The notes under the pieces were generated by a model that made no database searches, was not told the origin of the DNA, and saw only the letters and a list, made by a program, of their open reading frames with translations. A DNA stretch of 63,917 bases, counting the filler, from Phoronis australis (lineage: Eukaryota; Animalia; Phoronida), in the NCBI GenBank assembly GCA_002633005.1. It is 10 parts of 10 records of this genome, joined end to end, with 100 filler letters (N's around TTAATTAATTAA, not from the genome) between each part and the next. Parts side by side here need not be neighbours in the genome. Positions count along the whole stretch, not along the records: positions 8,888 to 14,944 come from NMRA01000702.1; positions 15,045 to 21,808 come from NMRA01002119.1; positions 21,909 to 25,028 come from NMRA01003208.1; 7 more parts are not named here. One strand, 5' to 3'. Both the position numbers and the translations under genes were made by a program. Positions 11,914-24,700 of this stretch are shown here, in pieces; the first letter of the stretch is position 1; every line of letters begins with the position of its first letter.

Positions 11914-13630
11914 TGAGCCAGCCAACCACGCAAATCGCTTGTGCAGTATTACGTAAGCATTAACTAGGCCTTGGGCAGACACCAGAATAGAAGTTTCAGA
12001 TATAACTATTTATGCATGTGTTAAAAATTTTTGTGCTATTTTGAAAATTATTGATCAAAATCGATTACATACAGTCGTTGAACGGCGAAAATTGATGCCC
12101 AACTTGCCGAGAAACAAACCTTGTCGTCACTCAGCATTGAAGAATTAATACGCACGTAAAACGGCTTGAACCATTTGTTCAGTTTTGTCAATAAACGCTT
12201 CAAATGAGNNNNNNNNNNNNNNNNNNNNNNNNNNNNNNNNNNNNNNNNNNNNNNNNNNNNNNNNNNNNNNNNNNNNNNNNNNNNNNNNNNNNNNNNNNNN
12301 NNNNNNNNNNNNNNNNNNNNNNNNNNNNNNNNNNNNNNNNNNNNNNNNNNNNNNNNNNNNNNNNNNNNNNNNNNNNNNNNNNNNNNNNNNNNNNNNNNNN
12401 NNNNNNNNNNNNNNNNNNNNNNNNNNNNNNNNNNNNNNNNNNNNNNNNNNNNNNNNNNNNNNNNNNNNNNNNNNNNNNNNNNNNNNNNNNNNNNNNNNNN
12501 NNNNNNNNNNNNNNNNNNNNNNNNNNNNNNNNNNNNNNNNNNNNNNNNNNNNNNNNNNNNNNNNNNNNNNNNNNNNNNNNNNNNNNNNNNNNNNNNNNNN
12601 NNNNNNNNNNNNNNNNNNNNNNNNNNNNNNNNNNNNNNNNNNNNNNNNNNNNNNNNNNNNNNNNNNNNNNNNNNNNNNNNNNNNNNNNNNNNNNNNNNNN
12701 NNNNNNNNNNNNNNNNNNNNNNNNNNNNNNNNNNNNNNNNNNNNNNNNNNNNNNNNNNNNNNNNNNNNNNNNNNNNNNNNNNNNNNNNNNNNNNNNNNNN
12801 NNNNNNNNNNNNNNNNNNNNNNNNNNNNNNNNNNNNNNNNNNNNNNNNNNNNNNNNNNNNNNNNNNNNNNNNNNNATACCGCGTAATCTCGCGAAGTCTT
12901 GCTTTTTAGCGAGGTCCTTGCTTTAATTACTGAACGGGAGGCAGAAATGGCTTGCACATGTACATATTTCCAAATTGAAACATTGAAGAAAATCTTAGCG
13001 TGCAATGCTACCTTGCGATAACTTCAATGACGACAGCGGCACACAACCGCTTACTTTGATGTTCATTAACTACCGTAGCCAGTATGAACGGTCCAGTTAA
13101 CTGCGCTGGTTACGTCGACACTCCGCTCAGACCGGAGTTAAGTCAATATGAAAGGGTCTTTAGTTTATAAATCAGCCAATTTGTAAACCAAGAGCTCATT
13201 AAAACATGTGATTATTTTTTTGCGCTTTGGTGACACTCCTTGTTTTTAGAATTCATGTATTCAAAATAGTTATCATTATGAAGTATATTATTTATTTTTT
13301 GCCTCTTATTTACTGTTCTGTGTTCTGATTAATGCCGAGTCCAAATCGGTGACACCCATAAGCAATGCCGTATAAGCCATTTTGTGTTTTTGCATTGACG
13401 TTCCAGCATTGATGCGTAAAGATTACATGACATGGTTCTTTTTCAATACTTCTTACATGTTATGGTGGTTTAGATAAGTTCTTGTGTGTGTTAATACCGA
13501 AGGACGGGTAGTGTCCTTTTAAAGTTAAAACTTGTGCCAATTGTGAGGCACTTTTTGATATCTTCTATATACTGCATCTTGTATTTCTTTAGACTTTGGA
13601 CATAAAATTTTACTTAAATGCCTTAATTTC

Positions 13631-13880
13631 AGGTCAGAGACACTTATTAAAGCAACTGATTAAAGATGATGTGATCCACTTTGACGACCACCAAAGTGGC
13701 ACTGTGTGGATGGTGGACCTCTTTCTAGAGGAAGTGGCAATTAAGCTGGACAGTAACGCAATAAAAACGATACCTGCGAATCTTGGCTCTCTGATGACGC
13801 AGTGGAAGACTTTATCGTCTCCAAAAAAGAGGGCAGTTAGGGCGGATTACATTGACTTTTGCAAGGGTCATACGCACTGA
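13631..13880 (+). CDS. Putative exon of unknown, probably transposon-associated, protein
   Basis: Acceptor TTAATTTCAG followed by an ~82-codon open frame with protein-like composition, inside the Kolobok-type boundaries. Confidence 0.3.
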
Positions 13881-14850
13881 GTAGGAAATAATAACATGTA
13901 TTATGTGAAAAAACTTGTTTCGATGTAACGGCAAGTCATTTTCAGCTTTACTGATCTAAAATATTGTATTTTTCTTGCTCACTGCGTGTTATACATGACT
14001 ATATTTGAAACACCTTGTATGACAGACATGTACGGGTTAATATTTGGTTGGTGCTTGACAATAAAAAATTTTGAATAAAAAATTCTACAAACTCCATGAC
14101 ATTGCTGATACCCAAGGTGTTTCATTTTTACACACACTAGTTGTGTATTTTGTTGTGTATTTTTGAAGATGTTATATTGTATTAATAAGGATTATTTCAT
14201 TGTTTGATACCAACGCAAAACTCTTAGTAGCAAGTAATCGTATGTGTTAAGTGAAAAAACTTGTTTAGATCTAACGGCAAGTCCTTTTCAGTTTTACTGC
14301 CATGATCTAAAATATTGTATTGTTCTTGCTCACTGAGTGTTATACACATAACCAAAACCATTTTTGAAAAAACGTGTGTGATAGATATGTACAGGTTACT
14401 ATTTTGTTGGTGCGTATCCGACCAAGCACTTCGTATAATTTTTCATTCAAAGTTTTTTTATTACCAACTCCATTTTGGTGCTACCAAGATGTTCCATTTT
14501 TACACACACTAGTTGTGTATTTTTTGAAAACATTGCAGATGTCTCAATCATATGATTGAAACCATGTGGCCATTGTAATTGATCATTTGTGTGACACAAT
14601 TTGTGTTGGTGCTTGCTGATGTATATATGTATGGATGGTGCTTGCTTTTTACATTGCCTCGTTTCCATTGCACGTTGCCATTTTGTTGTGTATTTTTGAA
14701 GATGCTATATTACATTAACAAGGATTGTTTCATTGTTTGATACCAATGTAAAACACTTAGTAGCTAAGAATGGCATGTATTGAGTGAAAAAACTTGTTTA
14801 GATCCAACGGCAAGTCATTTTCAGTTTTCTGCCACAGTCATTTCTGATAT
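13880..14850 (+). repeat. Three diverged copies of a several-hundred-bp unit
   Basis: GTGAAAAAACTTGTTT(C/A)GAT..AACGGCAAGTC.TTTTCAG recurs at ~13905, ~14251 and ~14784; TTTTACACACACTAGTTGTGTATTTT recurs at ~14126 and ~14497. Confidence 0.8.
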
Positions 14851-15044
14851 TATTTTTTGTTGCTGACTGTCTATTATATATGATTATAATTATTTTTGCA
14901 AGCCCCTATATGATAGTCATGGGTATTGTTTACTATTTTAGGTGNNNNNNNNNNNNNNNNNNNNNNNNNNNNNNNNNNNNNNNNNNNNTTAATTAATTAA
15001 NNNNNNNNNNNNNNNNNNNNNNNNNNNNNNNNNNNNNNNNNNNN

Positions 15045-15512
15045 AGAAGGTGCCAGGTGTGTGGCGAGGGAGTCACACGACACAATATAAGCAGTTTGGG
15101 TGCTCAGGTCACCATCCAGTGGGAGTGTGTCACGGGACACTCTGGCAAGTGGGACAGTTGTTCCTCTGTCCGTGGTATGCCGGAGGTCCATTTAACCATG
15201 TCCAGTCGTGTGCTCTTCACTAGAAACACCTTTCAGTCGGTGAAGACAATGATGGACTTTGGAAAAGTCAAGTTTTTTTTTTCGAAAACAACATTCAACA
15301 ACATTCAGAATTCCTATTTAATACCAGCTGTCAATGACGCATACATGTCACAACATCTCGAGTTGGTGGCGGAATTCATGGAGAAGGAGAACTTGTCTGA
15401 CTCACCAGGGCGGTCCGCCAAGTATACCACATACACTCTAATGGAGGAAGAGACCAAAAAGATAATTGATGTGTGTCAGACGATAGTCTGTGTGGGTTTG
15501 TTTAAAAGGTAG
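15045..15512 (+). pseudogene. Degenerate DDE transposase fragment (Kolobok-like)
   Basis: SKTTFNNIQNSYLIPAVN...SDSPGRSAKYTTYTLMEEETKKIIDV resembles the (G)DGRCDSPGHSAKY-x-TYTLM motif of THAP-associated Kolobok-type transposases; the DGR segment is deleted. Confidence 0.7.
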
Positions 15513-16482
15513 CTATGCTTTGAAGTTGTGCGTAGATGGACAGTGAATAATCAAATCCAGTAATTATTTTATTATATGATAACCCCTAATTAGACAAATG
15601 AAACCTATTGTTAATTAAGTAATCAACTACAAAGATAAACTACGCTAGCGCCCTCTTTAAAGATTACATTAATCAAACAACCAAACGATCAAATGTCTTA
15701 TCTGCTATCCAAGCTAGGACTCTCCACTTGTTGGATGTCTGTCCTGTTGGTGAANTCGCACAGTAAGCTCAACGCAAAACCAAGTGGCGGGAAGCGCTTG
15801 CCTCCTAAAACGTCACTTCCGGAAAAGCGGACAAGTAATTAATAAAATTACGAAAAGCTGTAATTAAGTGAAAAATATGTCTAGGATAACCAACCAACCT
15901 TATTTCAGCTCAAAATGACATGGAAAAAGGTTGCCTTCACCTTTAAGAGTTTCCTATTTAACAATAAATATGTGTAAATCCACTAGTAAAAAGCTTCTTC
16001 TTAGTACGCATTCGTGGGTAACGAAAGAGATATTCATCCCAAAAATTTGCCAACCACATTTTGACGGCATTTCTTGGTACGTTAACCATTGCCCATCCTG
16101 CGTAAAAAAATCCCCACCCGAGATTTGCAAAATCTCGAGTAAGTGGGTGTCAAACGGCCTAGTTTCGTCACGGCAAAATGTTACTTTAGAAGTCTCTCAA
16201 CAGCTTTTAATCATTTTGCCTCCCCAAGCGAGGCGAACAGGGGTAAATCTGTTTTAATACTTTTGTACAACAAAACATAGAAATATGGAACATCTGAAAG
16301 TACTGCACATGCATAAAGCTTACATGCAGTATAAAAAAGCTTTCAAAGTGATGTGCTTTTTGCTTTTGTGTCCAAAACGAACGTGTTAAAAAGAATGTAA
16401 AAGTATAAAATCGGTCGTTTTCCACCCAAAACCATAAATTGAATGCGACTACTACGCGAAAGCAGACAACGATCTCAGAATG

Positions 16483-16607
16483 CCAAAACACCGTGTATTT
16501 CAAAACGCCATGTATTCCAAAGCATCCTCTGTTCCAAAATACCCTGTATTAAAAAACATCCTGTATTCCAAAACTTCGTGTATTCCAAAACACCCTGTAT
16601 TCCAAAA
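16483..16607 (+). repeat. 17-bp minisatellite, ~7 copies
   Basis: Consensus CCAAAACACCCTGTATT in tandem. Confidence 0.85.
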
Positions 16608-18788
16608 AGTGTGAAGGCAATAGGATTTGGGAGTACTTGAATTTCTCGCTAAAACTTGTCTTCCCTACAGGAAAGGGTAGATTGTTTATGAACAGCCGTG
16701 GTTACAAGAGAAATACATGTAGGGGCAACGAACTGCACTGTTTTCCAAAAACACGTTGAAAAAATAAACCCCTTTCGTGTCCACCACACTAACAGTCAAT
16801 GTCAAAATGACAAACCAATCCAGCAGGCACCAATTCCTTGTGAAATTAGATGGAGGGAATTCGACTGTGTTTCCAAAGTGGCATTAGTGCTACTGTTTGC
16901 ATAACGTGTGATAGGCTCTGGTGGTTAGTTGCTGGACACAACGAAATGTTGTTGAAATAGTCCCAAGATTTAACAGGAAATTGAAATACTACTGGTGGAG
17001 TTGTAATCCTTATATTATCACTGTCAAGAATCGAGTTTAAGCGAGTTTGTGAAACAGAATGACACACTACAAACCACTCACGAAGGCCCATAGCGACACA
17101 TTATGTGCAACGGGTGGTGTCTTCATTATGTTTGAACGAACTACCTACGTCACCAATGGCATTGTATCCAAAGATGCGTTGTCGCGGTAATCGGCAAACA
17201 AACGAACCGCCTTGATGGGACAAAATATTTACGAACTTTCAAAATTTGAAATATATGTTTTGAATGATTTTTGTAGAGATTGCCGGCCTAGAAATCTAGC
17301 GGTATGCAAAGAACATATAGTTTACACAGTATACCAAAAATGCCTTGAACATGTACACTGTATATCGACACAGACTGAAACATTATGAATTGTAAAAATC
17401 ACGCCAGGCGTCTTTGGGCTTTGGTGAAATCATTTTTTCAAAAAATCCAAAGGATACTTTAATAAAACATAAGTGCAACGTTTATTTAAATCTTGCTAGG
17501 ACACAAAATTTATATTGTTACAGTTCGTTAGCAACTGCAATGTACGCTTGTTTCGCGTATTAGGAAATTGACCGTGCTTAACTTATCTTCCAAATTGTAA
17601 AGTACAATGTGTAATCGATGGTGTTATAGTTGAGATATTGAAGAGTAGTATCATAACCATTCTTTTTTATTTACGTATTCGTATATAATCATTGTATATA
17701 GACTTCTTTGTATTTTTTACCCAGATCTAATGCCTTTTGGCGCTTTCTGGGTTATGTATATTCATTGTATTCTGAAGATTTCGTAATAAACATTAAAAAA
17801 GCCATTCATTCTCTGTTAGAATTGCTTTTCAATAGAAATCTCGCTGTTGGTCATTGCCCAAAAGCCAGGCTGAGGCCACTGACGAACTTTTTGAATCACA
17901 GGCGGTATTCACCAAGGGCTATTATACACTCTGCTTATGCAATTTTAAAATAGATTTTTACGCCAACGGATATTTTGCAGTGCTTTTTCAGCTTGTTGGG
18001 GGCATTTGGTAGATTTTTTAATTGCTAATGCAGTGCTCATTTCAAAAATGGTGTCCATGCGGACGTCTTTAAAGATGTAAATCCGCGTCAAAAGTAACTT
18101 GCGGTCGTGTTGGAGAACTCAAAAAGCTGTTTTATTGAATCTCTTGACACCACACATGGGTGTACGATTAGGTCGCTGCGACTTATCATGTGGAGCACAA
18201 ATTTCCAAAATATTGAATGATTCTACACTGCGAAAATGCGTCAGACGTCAAATCGCTGATTTATGCAAGCGGTATGTACCAATTTACATGTATCTACGTT
18301 CAAGGAATTGAAGTCAAAAGTTGGTGACAAAGGCTTTCAGCAAATGCCATGTGTGTTAATTTAGTTATTGATGCCATACTAATTTTCCAGGGAATACATG
18401 TAAGTAAAATGAAGGAATAATGAACAGTAGTGTCTGCAGCTAGGCCAACTTTCTTTTAAAAAAGTATTTGAAATTACGGATTTCTAATTTTGCTTTTTCA
18501 TCATTATCACGAGAATGTTTGTAATTTTGCCTCTTGCAAAAACGGACTATTAAGATATTTCTGAAAAAAGTTTTTTAATTGCTTTAATTTGCGTAATCAA
18601 TTACTGAATGTTTCATTGAAAACCGATCATACATTTCACAGATATCACGTTCCGAAGGGTAAACCAAATTATGCGATGCATTTTTATATTTTCGTAAAAT
18701 GGAATTTTAGTTATAAATCGATCTATCCTATCACCACCGTTGCCAAAACGACTGACCAGTGAAAACGTCCGAAGTCTGATTATCTTAC

Positions 18789-19964
18789 CTCACCTAGAGC
18801 AGACTCTTTGAAGATTTGCCCTAAGGGACACCACGTGTAGAAGGATGTGGTGCTGCCGTTGGTGCGTTGAGACAGGCCCAAAAAGAGGTCACCGCGACTA
18901 TTAATGTGCAAGCAACTTGACTGGATGCCTGAGGCAGTGAGGTTTTGATGCAGGCTAAATATACCTACATCATTCAAACAAAGGAAGTGTGAACAAAAAC
19001 CATGTTCTCAGACTTATGCCTGTACATAAATGGCATCATAATTATGCACTTCACCAAGGTAACGGGATGGGCTCGCGTGCATATATTGAAAAGAAGCAAG
19101 TGATAAAACGTTATCATGCGTCTTCACATGTCTATTAAATGGTTGTTTTGCTTCCACAACGCGCCAATAAACACCATGACCGGGCGACAAGTCACAGAGT
19201 CACTTATCTTCTTTCTTTTTGGCTGTACTAGGGGAGTCAGTTTTCCGATATAAAAATATGGTTGAATACACGACAATTTGTCGTTAACGATGTGTATTCA
19301 ACCAATTTTGCATATCGATTTCCCTTTGAAACACATTTTGCATTTTAAGTAACCTGATGCATTCTGACGCAAGATTAATACAAATATTGCAGGAGTTTTT
19401 GTTAATTTCCTCGATATTTGATAATTAAGTTACCTGTTTCTTTGTTATATTTGTAAAGCCAGGTCCTTCCTTTATCGCTCCACACAAATCCGGATTGTGC
19501 ATCGTATGTCTGGTCTGTTGTCACAAGTAAAAAGTGGTCGTCGTTGCTCGCGAAGGTTTCAATAGATCTACAATATCCGTGTCTCCAATTAATTTCCATT
19601 CTACTTGTACAGCGAAGAAAGAAAAATGCGACATACGGCTGACTAACTTTTGAAACGGTCACCCTGTCATCACATATGCGTGAAACGAGTCGTTAAAATA
19701 AAGACACTGGAGCGCATTGTACGACACTAAAATTTCATCTTCTTTATAATCAAACGTATTAAGTCTGTATACTAAATACGACATATGATAGCATGATTTT
19801 TTAATTCTTTTCTATAATTGACCTCATTCATAATTTTCGTCTGTATACAACATCTTGGAATGACGTAATACCTTGCGTCACCAGTGTCCAACTGTTGATT
19901 CAGCAGATATTCTTGCTTTGATTGGTCGTAGCGGTACACATCCAGTTTGCCTCCTCTCCACGCA
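18789..19964 (-). CDS. Three internal exons of an EAR/EPTP-repeat (TSPEAR/LGI-type beta-propeller) protein
   Basis: Exons 19964-19872, 19567-19434 and 18964-18789 have GT/AG sites and compatible phases. They give AWRGGKLDVYRYDQSKQEYLLNQQLDTGDARSIETFASNDDHFLLV...TWLYKYNKETGIFSLHQNLTASG...LFLGL...SFYTWCPLGQIF, i.e. a repeated Y-x-(W/Y)...F-x3-Q-x-L EAR pattern. Other exons not located. Confidence 0.75.
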
Positions 19965-20393
19965 CTGCATATCCGCAAACCATTAGATTCCAGAGATCCT
20001 TCAGTGCAACTGCGTCTGAAGTTCGAAAAATGAGTCATTAATTATCAGCAATGTGTTATTTCATCACGTGTACGTCTCACGCAAATCTGCTCACCGGCAT
20101 AACAACAAAGGATGAGCAGAAACTTGTCAAGACCCGCTCAGCGCATGTTACATCTAAAGCACATTGTCAAGTTATTTATCATACTGGACAGAACACAACT
20201 AAATAGCAACGCGTTCAGATCATTGAAAGTCAGCATTCCTCTGTTCAAATTTTGGAGTTGATAGAACAGAAAGTAAACCGTGGGAACACACACGCTCAGC
20301 CGACGACGCAAGCACATTAAACGGCAAATTTTCTAGAGCAGTTTTAACGAAGGTCATCGTTTCTGATTATCAGATATCTGATTATCTGATTAT

Positions 20394-20603
20394 CTGATAT
20401 GTAAAGCCTCACGAATTTAAGCTCCGTTGTTGTCCTGTTCACCAGGACCAAGGAACATCTAAATTCTGACAGTAATTCACATGTAAATATTCACCTGCAG
20501 AGCTCCAATCATTGTTATCAGCAGCGCTCTTTCAATGACTTTGCAATAATAGATCAGGCAGTAACAACAAAGGAGCTTAAATTCGTGAGGCTTTACATAT
20601 CAG
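20394..20603. mobile_element. 210-bp MITE-like element with a perfect 32-bp terminal inverted repeat
   Basis: CTGATATGTAAAGCCTCACGAATTTAAGCTCC at 20394-20425 and its exact reverse complement at 20572-20603. Confidence 0.85.
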
Positions 20604-20744
20604 TTGGTGCAAGCCCAATTCCAATAGGCAACTGACACACCACAGGTTGTCATTGTTGGTATAGTTCATTGTCACTCCCTGTAACTGACTGTATCTGTGC
20701 TTCATTACTTGTTGCTGGGCCTAGCTAGGTGGCCACTGTATTAT

Positions 20745-20792
20745 GACTTCTGAGGATGGTGTTTAATAAATGACACCGAAACATGTCAAGTT
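20745..20792 (+). ncRNA. Minimal type-I hammerhead ribozyme (Penelope-like element type)
   Basis: Stem I GACUU/AAGUU, core CUGAGGA (+1 U), stem II GGUGUU/GACACC, GAAA, short palindromic stem III (ACAUGU), GUC cleavage triplet. Confidence 0.75.
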
Positions 20793-21624
20793 TTAAATCC
20801 GTTGTTGTTTTCGTGAACATATGCTGTTACTTGCTATCATGGAGATCTTAAGGACCTAATCACTTGTACTTTTCGCGAGCCACGCTATTCAACTACCAAC
20901 TTTGAAATCGAAAACGGAAAAATATTCTTGTCATCCCTACAGTGTTCACGCCGGGTCTGATTATCCAGAGAACGATAAGATCAGCAGTTTGAGACGTTGT
21001 ACATGAAGTTAAATGCAATAGTATGGTGTCTTTGATCAATGGCAGATTCCGAGGTATGCATATCGTTCGAGTTTCCCTATCTCGACTACGACAGTTACAG
21101 TAGGATTCTTTTCATGAGGACGTCAGTCCATGGTATGTTCCGAAGCACAGGCGTCCAGCGGTACTCAGTTTGGACGTTACTATTTATATTACGAAGTATT
21201 ACCACTACTCTGCTCTGAATACTGAGAATACGAGTGAGGTGTTCCCAAGGGCAAGCAGGGTTAACTAACAAGAATTCAACTATGAGCTTGTCATTTGCAT
21301 CGTGTGTTGTAAGATAATACCTACATGTGTTGCACTAATTTCTCTGTCGTAGTATAATGTGTGATAGTAAGAGCAGGGACCAACAGGACTGTCATCCAAC
21401 GATTGTCGAATCCTAACAGTTTGAATAGTAGATAAAACGTTTGATTACATGTGGTCCGACGTGAAAAGAATTGTTGTATCAATACAAAGATCGCTTACTT
21501 AAAATCATGTTGCACTTGTTTTCTTTAGTTACCATGCTACAATCAGTGGGTCGAAGTAGAATATGTTTCCAATCAGTAAACATAGCTACAAAACAGTGTG
21601 TGTAGTGGGTAGTAAGGTACTACC

Positions 21625-21790
21625 TGAAGTGTTGCGTCATCAGCCAGAGACTGTGACCAGCAAGAAGAATCGCGGGTAGAAGAAATTGCCTGCAAGTGTT
21701 GCATCACCAGAGACGGTGACCAGCAAGAAGAATCGCGGGTAGAAGAAATTGCCTGCAAGTGTTGCATCACCAGAGACGGTGACCAACAAG
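21625..21790 (+). repeat. 63-bp tandem repeat, ~2.5 copies, just before a gap
   Basis: GACCA(G/A)CAAG at 21655, 21718 and 21781. Confidence 0.85.
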
Positions 21791-24700
21791 TACACTGTCG
21801 CTATACAGNNNNNNNNNNNNNNNNNNNNNNNNNNNNNNNNNNNNNNNNNNNNTTAATTAATTAANNNNNNNNNNNNNNNNNNNNNNNNNNNNNNNNNNNN
21901 NNNNNNNNTGCCGGTCCGTGAGTCGTGTTCATGCGTCCGTTCCCGTGTTTTTGAGTCCGTTGACCGTGTAGTTTAGGTACCTTGTGTGTTATCTACTAAA
22001 CATTGCAGCAATGTAACAGTAGTCTTGAGCTGGGTGAACCTGAGGAGGTGTATTACCTGAGGCAGGGATAAGGCAGTACATGTATCTTACCTATTTAATT
22101 TAGGACACAATATGGAGGACGTGAAATTTTATTAATATTTTTTCATAAATGACATATAGTAGCACCAAATATCGCTTTAAAGCTTTATTCAGGTTCTGTA
22201 CTATAGCTCCCAACAGATAATTTAGGATAAACAAATAGGATTTTGGTGTTAAATGCAAATGAGAAGAATTATTTGCACAATTCATATCGCATTGCTGTCA
22301 ACAGCAAAGTAATGTTGATTATTGTTAATAATGCAGTGAGCGATGGAAAAATGAAAAAATGACCATTGTGGCTATTGTTTTTTCGAATTTCATGGAACTT
22401 TACTTAAGGTTTTCGTGGTTAAAAATATATCCTCCATTCTTCGTGAGAGTGTACCTTTACACTGAGAAAGGAGTTTTTCCAATACATTCTGCTTATCACC
22501 AGTGTGTGTTGGTGGTGTGAAATTTTAAACAACGGCAGCAATGTATGGGCTTGTTCTGTTTTTTTCTTACTGTTGTTACAGATTTGTTTAAAATGTTAGC
22601 TCCTGTTTTGAAACTGAGCTATATATTTATAAACCATATCCTAAGTTGAGCATCTGTTGTGTAACACCCTGTGTTAGGTTTGTTGAATCTTGAAAACACA
22701 TCACTGGCTCTGAACAGACCTGAGATCTGTGGTCTACTTGTTGACTGGTGGCTTTTTGCATAATGTTGTGGCTGGAAATGTGTACTGTTCATGCAGTAGT
22801 CTTGGTTATATAGATTATTACTCTTAGTCCTTGTGTTTGTTAAATATGCACCAACCCTGTTATTGACATTCTTTAGGCTGTGTCTAGATGGCAAAATGTT
22901 TTCAAATAACTGCACTTGGAACTGCTGTTTGATCTGCGACTCAGCAACAACTATTGCAGTATTGACCTACTTTCGTGATATTCGCTTTTGCATTCATCAA
23001 ACTTAGAGCCTACCCATGAACGCTTTTTCCACTCTTTAACCCCATCTCATTTCTGAGGTTTTACTTTTCGACAGTACATTTAGTTCGGAGGTTGGGCTCT
23101 TTGCAATCACCAAAGAGATGAGTGCAAATTTCCATAGAATCTCACTCCGTCTGCTCCTCGGTTAATATGAAAAATGGTGTCTGTCTCATCTTGTCTTGCT
23201 GAAAAATTAAGTTGTTTGGATATATTTAAGATATTGGATTTAATTAAGATTGTATGTATTGATATTGATTATTTAGACAATAAAGGATTCCTTTCTTAAC
23301 CAGAGCCTGAGGCTCTCCTGTGGGGAAAAGTGTCTATGCCTTGTGATGGGGGATTTTTGGCTGAAGGGAAATTTATTTTTAGGGGCAATTGGCTCCCAGA
23401 GGTTCTTTGAGATGGCATGAAAAATTAATTATTTTGCTCAAGGTCAAGACTTGTTTCAAATGTTACAAATAGGCAATATGCATCGTCCCAAATTCAAGAA
23501 TTACAGCCAATGAGCAACAACCATTCACCTGCATTTTACACTTATTAAGGATGCATGAAGAAGTTACGTTGACAGCTATTATTGACGATGTTATGGACTG
23601 ACTGTTAATACATAAATACAATGCCGCAAAGTTTGAGAAATCTGTTGGATGCCAGTCAACTCTGTTCAATCTTCGGAATCAAGAAAATACTAATGAACGT
23701 TATTATGAACTGCTGGTCATGAGTTCTGCCATGTTAGTTAACAATTTCTGTTCTTGGGTTAGTGATGTGTCCAAGAGTCCTCCAAGGTCCAAACAGCTTT
23801 CAAGAGATGACCTGTTCTATAACCTACGAATATGAATGGGTTCATGTTACGTATTAGAACTGATAACATGTTATCATTGTTGAAACAGTTTCAAAGATTA
23901 GATTGCAAGTTCCAGGTTTGAGGGATCATTAATTTTTAAAATTAAATGTTTGAATAACTGTTACTAANTGCACTAGTCAACTTGCACTAGTCAACTTGCC
24001 CCATCCCTGGTTTGCAGCCACACAGCGATTACAAGTGGCGCATGTTACCCTAGAACAAGTTGCCCCATCTCTACAAGGTGGAGAGGCAATTTCCACTGAT
24101 AGTCCCCAAACTTAGCAACATCTCATTCCAGGAGTAACTGCTAGGGTCCATAGCTTTTTTGTTTTTGGGATTGTTCAGCAGTGGTAAGGCTCATCCCTTG
24201 GTAGTTAGTCTTTTTGAAGACGATGGCGCTGTTGGCATCATTTAAATGTTGTAAATTATAATATTATAAAATAACTGTTCGCACATCATGTGTTTAAGAA
24301 GATAATAACTTGTATTAGTTTTTTACCATTCAATTCGAACATCATTGAGTTAAGTTGTTTGAGCCACGTGCGGTTAACATTGGGATGCTAATTTCATGTG
24401 CTAACGGACAATGGAAGTTGCAGAATCTGACTTCTTTCATGGAATTGGTGCAGTTGAACAGAATTTACGTGTTGTAATAGTAGACATCATGATTGCAATA
24501 TTTTGTTTTGTAATTACCAAAAATTCTGAATACATCTAAAAACCATTATTCTTGCTTCAAATCTATTGCCCGTGGTTTTTCAGTGAGTATGTCAAGTAAT
24601 TCATTTTTCTGAACGCGGCGCTGTTCTAATTCCAGTTTGGCGACACAAACATGGCTTGTAGCAGAAAAAACAGGGCAATTTTCAGGTCATTTTTATATTA

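Larger units (their letters stand above)
11530..15942 (+). mobile_element. Kolobok-type DNA transposon (degenerate; interrupted by two assembly gaps)
   Basis: TTAA|AGGAGAATGCCACC ... GGTTGCCTTCACCT|TTAA (11/14 TIR match, TTAA TSD). Contains a THAP-like ORF and a DSPGRSAKYTTYTLM transposase remnant; the same right end recurs at 57156-57224 ending at TTAA. Confidence 0.7.

Noticed and set aside
12145-13005. Long ORFs made of X residues (also 37976-38546)
   Set aside because: Artefacts of translating N gaps.
21909-22019. Possible LTR 3' end (...TGTAACA)
   Set aside because: No paired LTR, PBS or PPT visible; lies next to a gap.
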